A stretch of 64,000 nt of DNA from an actinobacterium SCGC AAA278-O22. GTDB lineage: Bacteria; Actinomycetota; Actinomycetes; Nanopelagicales; Nanopelagicaceae. Below are positions 53,605 to 63,478 of this stretch, piece by piece (the first letter of the stretch is position 1; the number at the start of each line of letters is the position of its first letter). The translations under genes were made by a program, and so were the position numbers. The notes below the pieces were generated by a model, which was not told the DNA's origin, searched no databases, and saw only the letters and a program-made list of their open reading frames with translations. Location: the NCBI GenBank assembly GCA_000372185.1, contig AQUA01000001.1:94055-158054 (forward strand), written 5' to 3'.

Positions 53605-54981
53605 TTACAGTGCTTTAAGCGCAGAGACAACCTTTGTAAGAGATGCCTTTGCATCTCCGAACAAGAGCATTGTCTTGGGATCATAAAGTAATTCATTCTC
53701 GATACCAGCAAATCCTGGGCGCATTGAGCGCTTCAAGAAGATGATGTTCGATGCGTGATTTACTTCAAGAATTGGCATTCCGTAGATTGGGCAACCTGGT
53801 GTTGTCTGCGCAGCTGGGTTCACAACATCGTTTGCACCGATAACGATTGCAACATCTGTCTGGCCAAAGGTTGGGTTGACTTCATCCATTTCAGCAAGTT
53901 GATCGTAAGGAACATTAGCTTCTGCAAGAAGCACGTTCATATGTCCTGGCATACGACCTGCGACTGGGTGAATTCCATAGGCAACATCGATGCCCTTAGA
54001 AATCATAAGATCTGCTAGTTCGCGCACTGTGTGCTGTGCTTGTGCAACAGCAAGGCCAAAGCCTGGGACGATCACAACGCGACGTGCATAGTTAAGAAGA
54101 ATCGCGACGTCATCAGCAGAACCTGAACGTACTGGGCGTTCTTCAGCTGAACCTGATGCTTCTTGTGGCTTTGCAGTAAATGCACCAAAGAGAGTTCCAA
54201 AGAGCGAACGTCCCATCGCCTCTGCCATCAAACGAGTCAAGATTGTTCCTGATGCACCTACGAGAGTTCCTGCGATGATGAGAAGTGTTGATGAAAGTAC
54301 ATATCCACTAGCAGCAACAGTAAGACCAGTAAATGCGTTGAGAAGTGAGATAACGATAGGAACATCTGCACCACCGACTGGAAGTACAAAGAGCACGCCG
54401 AAGATCAGTGAGAGCGCAGCAAGTACGAGAAGCGGAGTAGTTCCAAGAGCGGACACAACCCATACTGAAGTTCCAAGAACTGCAACGAGTGTGCCGGCAA
54501 TGACAAAGCGTCCACCAGGGAATACAACTGGGCGTGTAGTCATCAACTCTTGAAGCTTTAAGAAGGTAATGATTGATCCGCTAAATGAAACGCAGCCAAC
54601 AATCACTGTGAAGACAGTGAAGATCACTTCAGCAGTTGTGGCTTCTGCTCCTAAGTGGAGATACTCAACGATTGCAACGAGGGCTGCTGCGCCACCGCCG
54701 ACGCCGTTAAAGAGCGCCACAAGCTGCGGCATCTGTGTCATCTCAACTTTACGTGCAGCAGGAACGCCAACAATCAAACCAATTGCAAGTGCTCCAAGGA
54801 CTGGAAGTAAGTGATGAATCGGATTGACATAGAGAAATACCGAAAGCGTTGCAACGGTTGCTCCAGCTGCACCGATGAGATTTCCGCGTCGCGCTGTCTT
54901 TGGATGGGAAAGTCCTTTAAGAGCCAAGATAAAAGCCACACCGGCTGCGAGGCCGATCAAGCTATAGAGATTGGTACTCAC
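53605..54981 (-). CDS. pntB: NAD(P) transhydrogenase beta subunit
   Basis: MPQLVALFNG, GGADVP, HPVAGRMPGHMNVLLAEA, GANDVVNP. Confidence 0.96.
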   Translation of the reverse strand: MSTNLYSLIGLAAGVAFILALKGLSHPKTARRGNLIGAAGATVATLSVFLYVNPIHHLLPVLGALAIGLIVGVPAARKVEMTQMPQLVALFNGVGGGAAALVAIVEYLHLGAEATTAEVIFTVFTVIVGCVSFSGSIITFLKLQELMTTRPVVFPGGRFVIAGTLVAVLGTSVWVVSALGTTPLLVLAALSLIFGVLFVLPVGGADVPIVISLLNAFTGLTVAASGYVLSSTLLIIAGTLVGASGTILTRLMAEAMGRSLFGTLFGAFTAKPQEASGSAEERPVRSGSADDVAILLNYARRVVIVPGFGLAVAQAQHTVRELADLMISKGIDVAYGIHPVAGRMPGHMNVLLAEANVPYDQLAEMDEVNPTFGQTDVAIVIGANDVVNPAAQTTPGCPIYGMPILEVNHASNIIFLKRSMRPGFAGIENELLYDPKTMLLFGDAKASLTKVVSALKAL

Positions 54982-55271
54982 TCGTCGCCTCCGCTCTTCT
55001 TGGGCTTAAACATTTCGAGCATGCGATCTGTCACAACAAATCCGCCGACCATATTGATGGTGGCCAAGATGATTGCTACAAGTGAGAGACCAAGTTCAAG
55101 ATTAGTTCTGCTGTGATCTGCCACGATGATGGCGCCGACGAGGATGACACCGTGAATCGCGTTAGCACCTGACATGAGCGGTGTGTGGAGCGTTGAGGAA
55201 ACCTTCGATACAACTTCAAATCCCACAAATACTGCGAGAACAAAGATGGAAATGATTGCGATTGCATCCAT
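54978..55271 (-). CDS. pntA: NAD(P) transhydrogenase alpha subunit, membrane part (alpha2)
   Basis: LHTPLMSGANAIHG, GGFVVTDRML. Confidence 0.93.
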   Translation of the reverse strand: MDAIAIISIFVLAVFVGFEVVSKVSSTLHTPLMSGANAIHGVILVGAIIVADHSRTNLELGLSLVAIILATINMVGGFVVTDRMLEMFKPKKSGGDE

Positions 55272-56416
55272 TAGTTAGCACCGCCCTTCTCGCTGGCTCC
55301 CGGCGTGTGCTTGGCACCGCCATGTGTCGTTGCTGCCTTATCGATGATTTCATCGGTGAAATCAATATTGAGAGCAACTGGTGCTCCATCTTTACTTGGA
55401 GTTGTCATCAGAGTTAAGAGATTGACGACATTTCGCGAGTACAAACTTGATGCGTGGAACGGAAGTTGGCTAGGCACATCTTTGCCACCCCAGATCTGAA
55501 CTCCCTTTGCAGTAGTAACTATTTCACCTGGTTTAGAACCTTCAACATTTCCGCCAGTTTCTGCAGCGAGATCCACGATGATGGTGCCGGACTCCATCGC
55601 ATCAACCATCTCTGCAGTCATCAATCGAGGTGCAGTGCGACCCGGAACTGCTGCAGTTGTAATCACCACATGTGATTTTGCAATATAAGGAGTCAAAAGC
55701 TCGCGCTGCTTAGCTGCACGTTCTTCAGTCATTTCACGTGCATAACCGCCCGCACCTTCAAGTGCTTCGAGTTCAAGATTGATAAATGTTGCACCCATTG
55801 ATTTCACTTCATCTGCTGATGACGGCCGAACGTCGTATGCACTCACAACCCCACCAAGACGACGTGCAGTTGCAATCGCTTGCAAACCTGCAACGCCTGC
55901 GCCAAGTACCAATACTTGTGCTGGAGTAACGGTTCCTGCCGCTGTCATTAACATTGGGAAGAATCGTGGAGAAAGTTCAGCGCCAACAAGTGCTGCTCGA
56001 TAACCAGCACAGAGCGCTTGCGAAGTGAGCGCATCCATTGATTGGGCACGTGAAATACGTGGAACTAATTCGAGTGAGAATGCGGTGACTCCTGCACTAG
56101 CTGCTGCATCTATGGAATCAACACCAGTTACTGGAGAAAGGAATGAGATTGTGACGGCGCCGTTCTTGAGGCTGCTCATCTGTGCTGGAGTAAGTGAGGT
56201 AACCGAGAGAACTACATCAGCATCGCTTATGACATTTCCGCTCTTTACTGTTGCACCTGCCGCTGTGTAGAGATCATCGGTTGCCTGCGAGTGAACGCCT
56301 GCTCCAGATTCAATGACAACTTCGTAACCCAAGCGAGTTAATTTGTTGATGACATCTGGCACCAGCGCTACGCGCTTCTCGCCATCTCTAATCTCTTTGG
56401 GAACTGCAACTCTCAT
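55271..56416 (-). CDS. pntA: NAD(P) transhydrogenase alpha subunit, dI domain (alpha1)
   Basis: EKRVALVP, RISRAQSMD, GAGVAGL, GGYA, DLAAETGGN. Confidence 0.94.
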   Translation of the reverse strand: MRVAVPKEIRDGEKRVALVPDVINKLTRLGYEVVIESGAGVHSQATDDLYTAAGATVKSGNVISDADVVLSVTSLTPAQMSSLKNGAVTISFLSPVTGVDSIDAAASAGVTAFSLELVPRISRAQSMDALTSQALCAGYRAALVGAELSPRFFPMLMTAAGTVTPAQVLVLGAGVAGLQAIATARRLGGVVSAYDVRPSSADEVKSMGATFINLELEALEGAGGYAREMTEERAAKQRELLTPYIAKSHVVITTAAVPGRTAPRLMTAEMVDAMESGTIIVDLAAETGGNVEGSKPGEIVTTAKGVQIWGGKDVPSQLPFHASSLYSRNVVNLLTLMTTPSKDGAPVALNIDFTDEIIDKAATTHGGAKHTPGASEKGGAN

Positions 56417-56557
56417 GCGCGTAAAGGTACTGGCTCGAGCGCTTTCAGGCTACGCGAATTGCTGGAAATTTGCTGAAGATAGCCACAATCTCTCGCTGTG
56501 AAGAGATAATTGATAAGAAGTCCCGCAGCGATTGTTAGCTAGGGGCTTGCTTATCGG

Positions 56558-57502
56558 TTATCTCGATGCACCCTTTAATTCACCGCGAGTTAAGTGATAG
56601 AGCAGAGCCTGAATCGTTGTGCGGCGGTGATACGCCTCGCGCCAGATCACTGACTTAGGTCCATCAATAACTGAAGCTTCAACTTCTTCACCGCGATGGG
56701 CAGGAAGGCAATGCATAAAGATGGAATCTTTTTCAGTAAGCGACATTAAATTCTCAGTCACTGCATATGGTGCAAGCGCTTTCATCTTTTCGGTGCGCTC
56801 TGCTTCAGGATCTCCCATCGACATCCAGACATCGGTATAGAGAACAGATGCACCTTGTGCTGCCGCCTCTGCATCAGTTGTCACTTCAATTGTTGCACCA
56901 CTCTGTGATGCAATCTCTTTAGCCTTTGCTACAACTGCTGGATTTGGCGCCCACTTGCCATCAGGGGTTGCAGCAACAACGTGCGCTCCCATGATTGCAC
57001 CCATAATCAACCACGCATGGGTCATATTGTTTCCATCGCCGAGGTAAACAAACTTGCGACCTTTGATGTCATTACCAAAATTTTCACGGATGGTGACCCA
57101 ATCGGCAAGAAGCTGAGTTGGGTGGTCATCATCGGTAAGGCCATTAATAACAGGGATAGAAGTTTCAGCGCCGAGTTCATCCACATCTGCTTGCTTAAAA
57201 GTGCGGATAATCAACGCATCACAGAATCCACTGATGATCTTGGCAGTATCTGCAATAGTTTCACCGCGGCCTAGTTGTAGATCATCGCCACGGATAAAGA
57301 TAGGTGTGCCACCCAAGTGCGCCACTGCAGTTTCAGATGCAAGGCGAGTACGAGTAGATGGTTTAGTCATGTAAATCGCGACAGTCTTATTGCTCAACGC
57401 TGTGTTGGAGCGGAGCGGATTCTTCGCAAAGTCTGCAGCTGTATCGAGAAGTAAATCGACATCAGCACGGGAAAGGTGCTCAGTGCGCAGTAAGTCTTTC
57501 AT
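56558..57502 (-). CDS. argF: ornithine carbamoyltransferase
   Basis: STRT, HPTQ, DGNN, DVWMSMG, HCLPA. Confidence 0.9.
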   Translation of the reverse strand: MKDLLRTEHLSRADVDLLLDTAADFAKNPLRSNTALSNKTVAIYMTKPSTRTRLASETAVAHLGGTPIFIRGDDLQLGRGETIADTAKIISGFCDALIIRTFKQADVDELGAETSIPVINGLTDDDHPTQLLADWVTIRENFGNDIKGRKFVYLGDGNNMTHAWLIMGAIMGAHVVAATPDGKWAPNPAVVAKAKEIASQSGATIEVTTDAEAAAQGASVLYTDVWMSMGDPEAERTEKMKALAPYAVTENLMSLTEKDSIFMHCLPAHRGEEVEASVIDGPKSVIWREAYHRRTTIQALLYHLTRGELKGASR

Positions 57503-57537
57503 TGGGAGATTCTACAGTCATATTAGATACTAGGAGC

Positions 57538-57810
57538 ATGGGTATTTTTGACCGCGGACTACCAACGCTCGATTCTCCATTAACTGGTGCTGATACAGAC
57601 ACACTTACTCGCCCTGTTGAGCAAGAAGATGATGGCGGTCATGATCGCTTTGCGCATTACATTAAGAAAGAGAAGATTGTTGAATCTGCTGTAACAGGAA
57701 AATCAGTCCGCGCATTGTGTGGAAAGAAGTGGGTACCTTCGCGCGATCCGCAGAAATATCCAATCTGCCCAATCTGCAAAGAGATTTTCGAGAGCTTAAA
57801 AGAGAGCTAG
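57538..57810 (+). CDS. DUF3039 family protein
   Basis: DHDRFAHY-like...ALCGKKWVPSRDP...CPICKEI; start moved to ATG 57538. Confidence 0.85.
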   Translation: MGIFDRGLPTLDSPLTGADTDTLTRPVEQEDDGGHDRFAHYIKKEKIVESAVTGKSVRALCGKKWVPSRDPQKYPICPICKEIFESLKES

Positions 57811-57893
57811 TGGAGGTTTTATCAGCTTCGCTGATTCAACCTCCCCTCCGCACTCGCCTAAAAAATGTAAACAATTTTTAGGGCTCGCTTGTC

Positions 57894-58262
57894 GTGGAGG
57901 TGCCGGGAATCGAACCCGGGTCCTTCAGAATTAAAACAGGGCTTCTACGGGCGTAGTGTGCTTAACGTTTTCTCAGTCCTGAATCTCTTACACACAAGTA
58001 TTCAACGAACTCATTTGCGAAACTGTTCTCTCGAGATATTCGCAACGCTATCTCAATGAAGAGCTCTCTAGCGACGCCAGGTTCCGGGACGAGAGCGCGC
58101 CCGGGCTGACGGATTCGGTACTAGCTTATGCAGCTAGAGCGAAATCACTGCGACTGTTGTCTGCAGTTATTTGTGCACAGGTTTCATGGTTTACGAGATC
58201 ATCCCGGCTTCCTCGGCCCGCTTCCCCTGCCTCAACAACTAAAGTCGAGACCGTTCACCCCC
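57894..58262 (-). ncRNA. ssrA: tmRNA
   Basis: 5' GGGGGTG pairs with 3' CACCTCC-A (G3.U70), T-arm GGTTCGATTCC, tag ORF (A)ADNSRSDFALAA* at 58164-58126; next to smpB; full CCA not encoded. Confidence 0.95.
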
Positions 58263-58497
58263 GTGAACGTTGAAGAGCGTTTACTTCAACACTATGTAGT
58301 TTTTTCGACACTTCACCCCTAGAAAATTTCTCAAGGAAATTATGTAGTGGATTGGTTCCTAGATGGTATGGAGTGAGCATTCTTGTCTACTGACTCGATC
58401 TATCTAAGCGATGTGCCTAGTATAGAGAACGCCCACGACAAGTGAGAAATTCCCTACTGTAAAGCAGATATTTGTGCGTGAAAGAGGGCTTGAGTAA

Positions 58498-58980
58498 CTA
58501 GTAGGAATCTTTGCCAGATTGGCGGCGCGAAAGTTCGCGATTTACTTCACGGGTAGCTTGCTGCTCCATCAAGGTGTTGCGCTTATCGTGGGCTTTCTTA
58601 CCCTTGGCAATTGCAATTTCAATCTTGGCTTTGCCATCTTTGAAGTAGAGCTGTAGCGGCACCATAGTGATTCCAGAATCCTTGGTACGCGCTGCAATCT
58701 TGCGCAGCTCTATTTTATGGACCAACAACTTTCGCTTACGTCGCGGCGTGTGGTTGGTCCATGTTCCTTGGGTGTATTCAGGAATATGAACTCCATGCAG
58801 CCAGAGTTCGCCATTTTCAATCATCGCAAAGCCATCAATCAGTGATGCACGTCCTGCACGCAGTGATTTCACTTCTGTGCCCATCAAGACAATGCCGCAT
58901 TCATAGACATCATCGATGGCAAAATCGTGACGAGCCTTTTTATTCTGAGCGATGAGCTTCTTGCCCAGTTCCTTCACCAT
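58498..58980 (-). CDS. smpB: SsrA-binding protein
   Basis: [29 protein letters not shown]. Confidence 0.97.
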   Translation of the reverse strand: MVKELGKKLIAQNKKARHDFAIDDVYECGIVLMGTEVKSLRAGRASLIDGFAMIENGELWLHGVHIPEYTQGTWTNHTPRRKRKLLVHKIELRKIAARTKDSGITMVPLQLYFKDGKAKIEIAIAKGKKAHDKRNTLMEQQATREVNRELSRRQSGKDSY

Positions 58981-58984
58981 GGCG

Positions 58985-59887
58985 TTAGACCTTGAGGTAG
59001 CGACGAAGTGTGATGAGAGAAGCGATTGTTGAAACTACAAGGCCAGTAAGAAGAAGCCATGCCGATGCTGCAACAACTTCTCCCCAACCAAAGAACTTGG
59101 TAAAGGTAAGAAGTGGTGCGACCTTTGATTGCACAACATATTTGAGCGCCGAGAGAAGTCCGGTTGCCAAGATCCAACCTACAAATGCGGAGAAAATTCC
59201 TTCGAGAAGGAATGGAAGTTGGATTGACCATGAGGAAGCGCCAACAAGTTTCATCACACCAGTTTCGCGGCGGCGGTTAAAAGCTGCGATGCGAAGTGTG
59301 TTGCTAATGAGAAGTGCTGCAGTAAGTACAGAGAGAAGACCGATGATGAGTGCGCCATTACGAAGCACCGCAAGCAAACGGAAGAACTTCTCAAGGATGG
59401 TGCGTTGGTCTTGCACGATGTCTACACCTGGGCGACCGCTAAAGGCACTGACAACCACATCAAATTGTGTTGGGTCCTTCAACTTCACTCGGAAAGATTC
59501 TGGAAGTTGATCTGCAGTCACATTCTGCGCAATGGCAGAGTTCTTAAATCGTTCTTGGAAGCGCTTAAATGCTTCTGATTGTGATTCATAAAAGACGCTA
59601 TCAACAACAGGAAGTGCTTCTAAATCTGCCTTAATTGATGTGCGTTGATCTGCTGTAACTACTCCACCACCACATGACGGTGATTCAGAGAGAGAACCGC
59701 AGAGGAATACAGATACTTCGATCTTGTCATACCAATAATCCTTCATCGCACTCACCTGAGAATTAGAGAGCAATCCGATGCCGAGAAGAGAAAGTGAGAT
59801 CGCAACAGTGACGATGACAGCAAAGGTCATCGTCAGATTTCGGCGAAGTCCAATTCGGACTTCACTCATTAAGAATCCTGCGCGCAT
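58985..59887 (-). CDS. ftsX: cell division permease FtsX
   Basis: [31 protein letters not shown]. Confidence 0.94.
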   Translation of the reverse strand: MRAGFLMSEVRIGLRRNLTMTFAVIVTVAISLSLLGIGLLSNSQVSAMKDYWYDKIEVSVFLCGSLSESPSCGGGVVTADQRTSIKADLEALPVVDSVFYESQSEAFKRFQERFKNSAIAQNVTADQLPESFRVKLKDPTQFDVVVSAFSGRPGVDIVQDQRTILEKFFRLLAVLRNGALIIGLLSVLTAALLISNTLRIAAFNRRRETGVMKLVGASSWSIQLPFLLEGIFSAFVGWILATGLLSALKYVVQSKVAPLLTFTKFFGWGEVVAASAWLLLTGLVVSTIASLITLRRYLKV

Positions 59888-59913
59888 CTTTCTACCTCAT
59901 ATCCCTTATTGAA

Positions 59914-60603
59914 TTATCCCGTGTATCCGTAGACGCCGCGAACTTGATCGCGAATAACGTGGCCGCCATCGAGTTCGATGACGCGCTTACGCATCTGATC
60001 CACAATTCCTGAATCGTGTGTTGCCATCAACACTGTTGTGCCTTCGCGGTTGATCCGGTCGAGCAACTTCATGATGCCGACCGAGAGTGCTGGGTCAAGG
60101 TTTCCTGTTGGTTCATCGGCGATGATGATCGAAGGGCGAGTGACATATGCGCGAGCAATTGCTACGCGCTGCTGTTCTCCACCAGAAATCTCAGATGGCA
60201 GGCGATCACCTTTATCTTCAAGTCCCACAAGTTCGAGCATCTCAGGAACTTCGCGGTTAATCTCTTTCTGCGAATATCCAAGTACGTGGAGTGAGAATGC
60301 AATGTTCTCTGAAATAGTTTTATTTGGAAGTAAACGGAAATCTTGGAAGACAGTTCCTACCTGACGTCGTAGTTCCGGAACTTTATGGTTTGCAAGAGTG
60401 CCAAGATCTTTGCCAGCAACATGGATAGTTCCTGTAGTAGGGCGCTCTTCACGCAAAATCAATCGCAAGAATGTGGATTTACCCGAACCTGACATACCCA
60501 CAAGGAAGACAAATTCACCTTTGACGATTTCAATGTTCACGCTCTCGAGGGCAGGGCGATCCTGTCCAGAGTAAATCTTCGAAACATTTTCAAACTTAAT
60601 CAA
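59914..60603 (-). CDS. ftsE: cell division ATP-binding protein FtsE
   Basis: GSGKST, VFQDFRLL, SGGEQQR, ADEPTGNLDP; TTG start after AAGGAG. Confidence 0.95.
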   Translation of the reverse strand: MIKFENVSKIYSGQDRPALESVNIEIVKGEFVFLVGMSGSGKSTFLRLILREERPTTGTIHVAGKDLGTLANHKVPELRRQVGTVFQDFRLLPNKTISENIAFSLHVLGYSQKEINREVPEMLELVGLEDKGDRLPSEISGGEQQRVAIARAYVTRPSIIIADEPTGNLDPALSVGIMKLLDRINREGTTVLMATHDSGIVDQMRKRVIELDGGHVIRDQVRGVYGYTG

Positions 60604-60719
60604 TTGCTGCTCCTTAGATATGCGCACCAGGATGCGCTCTTGAGACCTGCCCCTAGTTTATGGAGCGCAGCTGGATTTTCAGGGTTGATTCGAGCTATTT
60701 AGCCTAATTCACAGAATTA

Positions 60720-61823
60720 TTACTGAGAAGCGCTACGGCGCCAGCGAATACCAGCCTCAATGAAATCATCGATTTCGCCATTTAATACCGCTGATGTATT
60801 GCCTGTTTCATGGTTATTGCGCAGATCTTTCACCATTTGATACGGCGCTAATACATAGGAGCGCATCTGATTTCCCCATGATCCTGAATTATCACCCTTG
60901 AGCGCATTGATCTTCGCCTGCTCTTCTTGGCGGCGACGTTCCAAAAGCTTTGATTGCAGAACTGCCATCGCAGTTGCCTTATTTTGAATCTGTGAACGCT
61001 CGTTCTGACATGAAACAACAATCCCCGTTGGAATGTGCGTTAAGCGCACTGCAGAATCCGTTGTATTAACGCCTTGTCCCCCAGGACCTGATGAGCGATA
61101 AACATCGACACGAATTTCTTTCTCATCCAATTCGATGTGATCGCTCTGTTCAACAACAGGAACAACCTCAACGCCAGCAAATGAAGTGTGGCGACGAGAT
61201 TGTGAATCAAAGGGAGAGATGCGCACGAGGCGATGCGTTCCTTGCTCTACAGATAATGTGCCATAGGCATAGGGCGCACTTACTCTAAAAGTTGTTGATT
61301 TAATTCCTGCTTCTTCTGCATAGGAAGTTTCAAGGACATCGACTTTAAATTCATGTCGTTCGCAGTAACGCAGATACATGCGCATCAACATCTCAGCCCA
61401 GTCAGCAGCTTCTACACCACCTGCTTCTGAGCGGATAGTGATCAAGGCATCGCGATCGTCATATTCGCCATTGAGCAAAGTTGTTACTTCAAGTTCGCTA
61501 ATTGCCTTCACTGTTGATTCAAGTTCTGCCTCTGCATCACGAAGGGCGGAACCATCAGGTTCACCTGCAGCTAATTCAAAGAGCACCGGCAAATCATCAA
61601 CGCGACGACGCAATCCCTTAAGCCTGGAAATCGTCGATTGCACTCGCGACAACTTACTTGTTACCGCCTGCGCCTTCTCTGGGTCATCCCACAAATTCGG
61701 AACGCCAGCTGCTGCCTCAAGTTCAACCGCCTCAGCTTCAAGCTTCGGAAGATCCAATACCTTCTCTATGGAGGTAAGGGTCGCGCCAATCTCATTGATT
61801 TCGAGGTTGTAATCACGAGCCAT
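60720..61823 (-). CDS. prfB: peptide chain release factor 2
   Basis: SPF motif and GGQ; continuous frame. Confidence 0.97.
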   Translation of the reverse strand: MARDYNLEINEIGATLTSIEKVLDLPKLEAEAVELEAAAGVPNLWDDPEKAQAVTSKLSRVQSTISRLKGLRRRVDDLPVLFELAAGEPDGSALRDAEAELESTVKAISELEVTTLLNGEYDDRDALITIRSEAGGVEAADWAEMLMRMYLRYCERHEFKVDVLETSYAEEAGIKSTTFRVSAPYAYGTLSVEQGTHRLVRISPFDSQSRRHTSFAGVEVVPVVEQSDHIELDEKEIRVDVYRSSGPGGQGVNTTDSAVRLTHIPTGIVVSCQNERSQIQNKATAMAVLQSKLLERRRQEEQAKINALKGDNSGSWGNQMRSYVLAPYQMVKDLRNNHETGNTSAVLNGEIDDFIEAGIRWRRSASQ

Positions 61824-61879
61824 AGGGAAAGGATAGCGAGAATGGGTTATCAGAACTCACCTATCCACTTTGTTAGAGA

Positions 61880-61902
61880 TTGTCAGTGTGGGTTCATAGA
61901 CT
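61880..61902 (+). promoter_or_regulatory. RecA-ND/PafBC-type promoter motif
   Basis: tTGTCAG-N10-TAGACT, 6 nt before ATG 61909. Confidence 0.55.
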
Positions 61903-61908
61903 AAGGGG

Positions 61909-62130
61909 ATGAGCCGAGAAAACTTCGAAAAAAAGCAACCTGCTTCTTCTACAAAAGCGCCGGCTCCATTCCTGAGATGGGCGGGTGGAAAGGGATGGAG
62001 CAACAGCATAAAGCGATTCATCACTGAGGGTCACGTAGAAGAGTGGATCCCAGAAATGAAAGGTCGCGTAACAATTTTTATCGACCCAAATGATCTAATG
62101 CATCGAGCAAAAACCGAAATTGTTTTATAA
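61909..62130 (+). pseudogene. truncated DNA adenine methylase (Dam-family N-terminus) fused to unrelated sequence
   Basis: PFLRWAGGK is the Dam/D12 N-terminal motif; the ORF ends at 73 aa with no motif I or DPPY. Confidence 0.6.
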
Positions 62131-62132
62131 GA

Positions 62133-62495
62133 ATGATTCATAACTCGAAGAGAAAATACGTCGCCGTTCTCCTCTATATAGAAGCTGCCATCGTGCTCGC
62201 CCTAGGTGTGTGGTTGGGTGTATTGGGATTGACGCACGATAAGAAAGAGTTGGCGCCTTTGCTTGGCGTGATTGTTTTTGCGGTTCTTGGAGCAGTTGGT
62301 TTATTTGCTTCTGGGCGCGGTTATAAGAATGGAAAGAACTACGGCAGATCGCCGGCGATATTGGCTAACTTGATTGCGGTGGGAGTTGCTTACTATCAAA
62401 TTCAAGGGCACTTCTATATCGGGGCGATCATCATTCTCGTTCTAGCCCTACCTACGCTCTACTTCGCTTTCAGTATCGCAAAGAATGAAGGTTGA
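62133..62495 (+). CDS. hypothetical 4-TM membrane protein
   Basis: Four hydrophobic segments, 'GRSPAIL'. Confidence 0.65.
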   Translation: MIHNSKRKYVAVLLYIEAAIVLALGVWLGVLGLTHDKKELAPLLGVIVFAVLGAVGLFASGRGYKNGKNYGRSPAILANLIAVGVAYYQIQGHFYIGAIIILVLALPTLYFAFSIAKNEG

Positions 62496-62539
62496 TGCGG
62501 ATACGCATCAAGCGGTAGTTCTGATGCGGATACGCATCA
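62492..62539. repeat. tandem pair of 18-bp hairpin palindromes TGATGCG-GATA-CGCATCA
   Basis: Copies at 62493-62510 and 62522-62539. Confidence 0.85.
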
Positions 62540-63292
62540 CCACTGAATTACCTGCTGATCTTCCCAAAGAACTCCTGTTGTATCCCCGGCGTTAAACGGT
62601 CTTGTTGCAAGCCAGATTGCAGTGGCTGCACCTTCTTCTGCAGAACGTGGCGCATCTGGGCCGCCCATATCGGTGCGTGAATGGTTGGGACATGTTGCAT
62701 CGACGAGGAATCCGCGAGCGCCCAAACCTGTTTCATGTGCAAGGTTGCGAACGAGTGCATTAACTCCAGCTTTTGAAATTCGGTAAGGAGCAAGTCCTCC
62801 GGCATTTCCTGGTCCTGACATTCGACCAAGACATGCAGAGAAGATGATCACGCGACCATTACGAGCTTCTGCCATGGCGGGTGCGATGCCATTTACTAGT
62901 TGGAAGACTGAGTCGAGATTAATTGCCATGACTCGACGCCATTCAGCATCGTTTGTCTTCAAAGTTTTCGACATCTTCTCGCTCATTACTCCATGGGCTA
63001 GAACGAGAACTGTCGGAGTTGCTAGAGATTGATGGAGTGAATCAATAAGTTCGCGAACGAGTTGCGGCTGCTCAAGATCACAGGCAAAGGTAGAGATGTG
63101 TGCGGAGTTTGTGCCGTTCTGATGCGTATCCGCATCACGGAGCTGTTGTGCAGCACTCTCAAGTCGCTGCGTATCCTTTGCAATCAGTGCAATATCGAAA
63201 CCCTGCAATGTCAGCGCCTTTGCGACCTCAAAACCAAGGCCGCGACTTCCTCCAGAAATGATGGCTAGCGGACGAGCGCTCTCAATTGACAT
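62537..63292 (-). CDS. short-chain dehydrogenase/reductase
   Basis: SGGSRGLG, YRISK (YxxxK), RTDMGG. Confidence 0.9.
   Translation of the reverse strand: MSIESARPLAIISGGSRGLGFEVAKALTLQGFDIALIAKDTQRLESAAQQLRDADTHQNGTNSAHISTFACDLEQPQLVRELIDSLHQSLATPTVLVLAHGVMSEKMSKTLKTNDAEWRRVMAINLDSVFQLVNGIAPAMAEARNGRVIIFSACLGRMSGPGNAGGLAPYRISKAGVNALVRNLAHETGLGARGFLVDATCPNHSRTDMGGPDAPRSAEEGAATAIWLATRPFNAGDTTGVLWEDQQVIQW
63120..63137. repeat. third copy of the 18-bp palindrome (opposite orientation) inside the SDR gene
   Basis: TGATGCG-TATC-CGCATCA; encodes DADTH in the SDR. Confidence 0.8.
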
Positions 63293-63478
63293 ATGCGAAC
63301 TCTCTCAAGATTTGGGATGGCTCGCCTTTCGAGATCTAGCCAAGAGTGGCGGGAAAATGTGCCCAATCTCGCGCCCTCTGGGGGCTTTCGCCATTTTTTC
63401 AGCGCGGTCACAGCCGATAGTCTTAGCCTGTAGTCGCAATACATACTCAGCACGGTAGAGGTCGCAAAGGAGCGCTCA

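Noticed and set aside
53605-56416. Split pntA as a frameshift or pseudogene
   Set aside because: The alpha1/alpha2/beta three-gene form is a normal transhydrogenase arrangement, with clean stop-start overlaps.
58128-58322. 64-aa plus-strand ORF
   Set aside because: Antisense to tmRNA.
60720-61823. Programmed +1 frameshift in prfB
   Set aside because: The frame is continuous, as is usual in Actinobacteria.
62492-62539. Mini CRISPR array
   Set aside because: Repeats are only 18 bp with an 11-bp spacer, and no cas genes are present.
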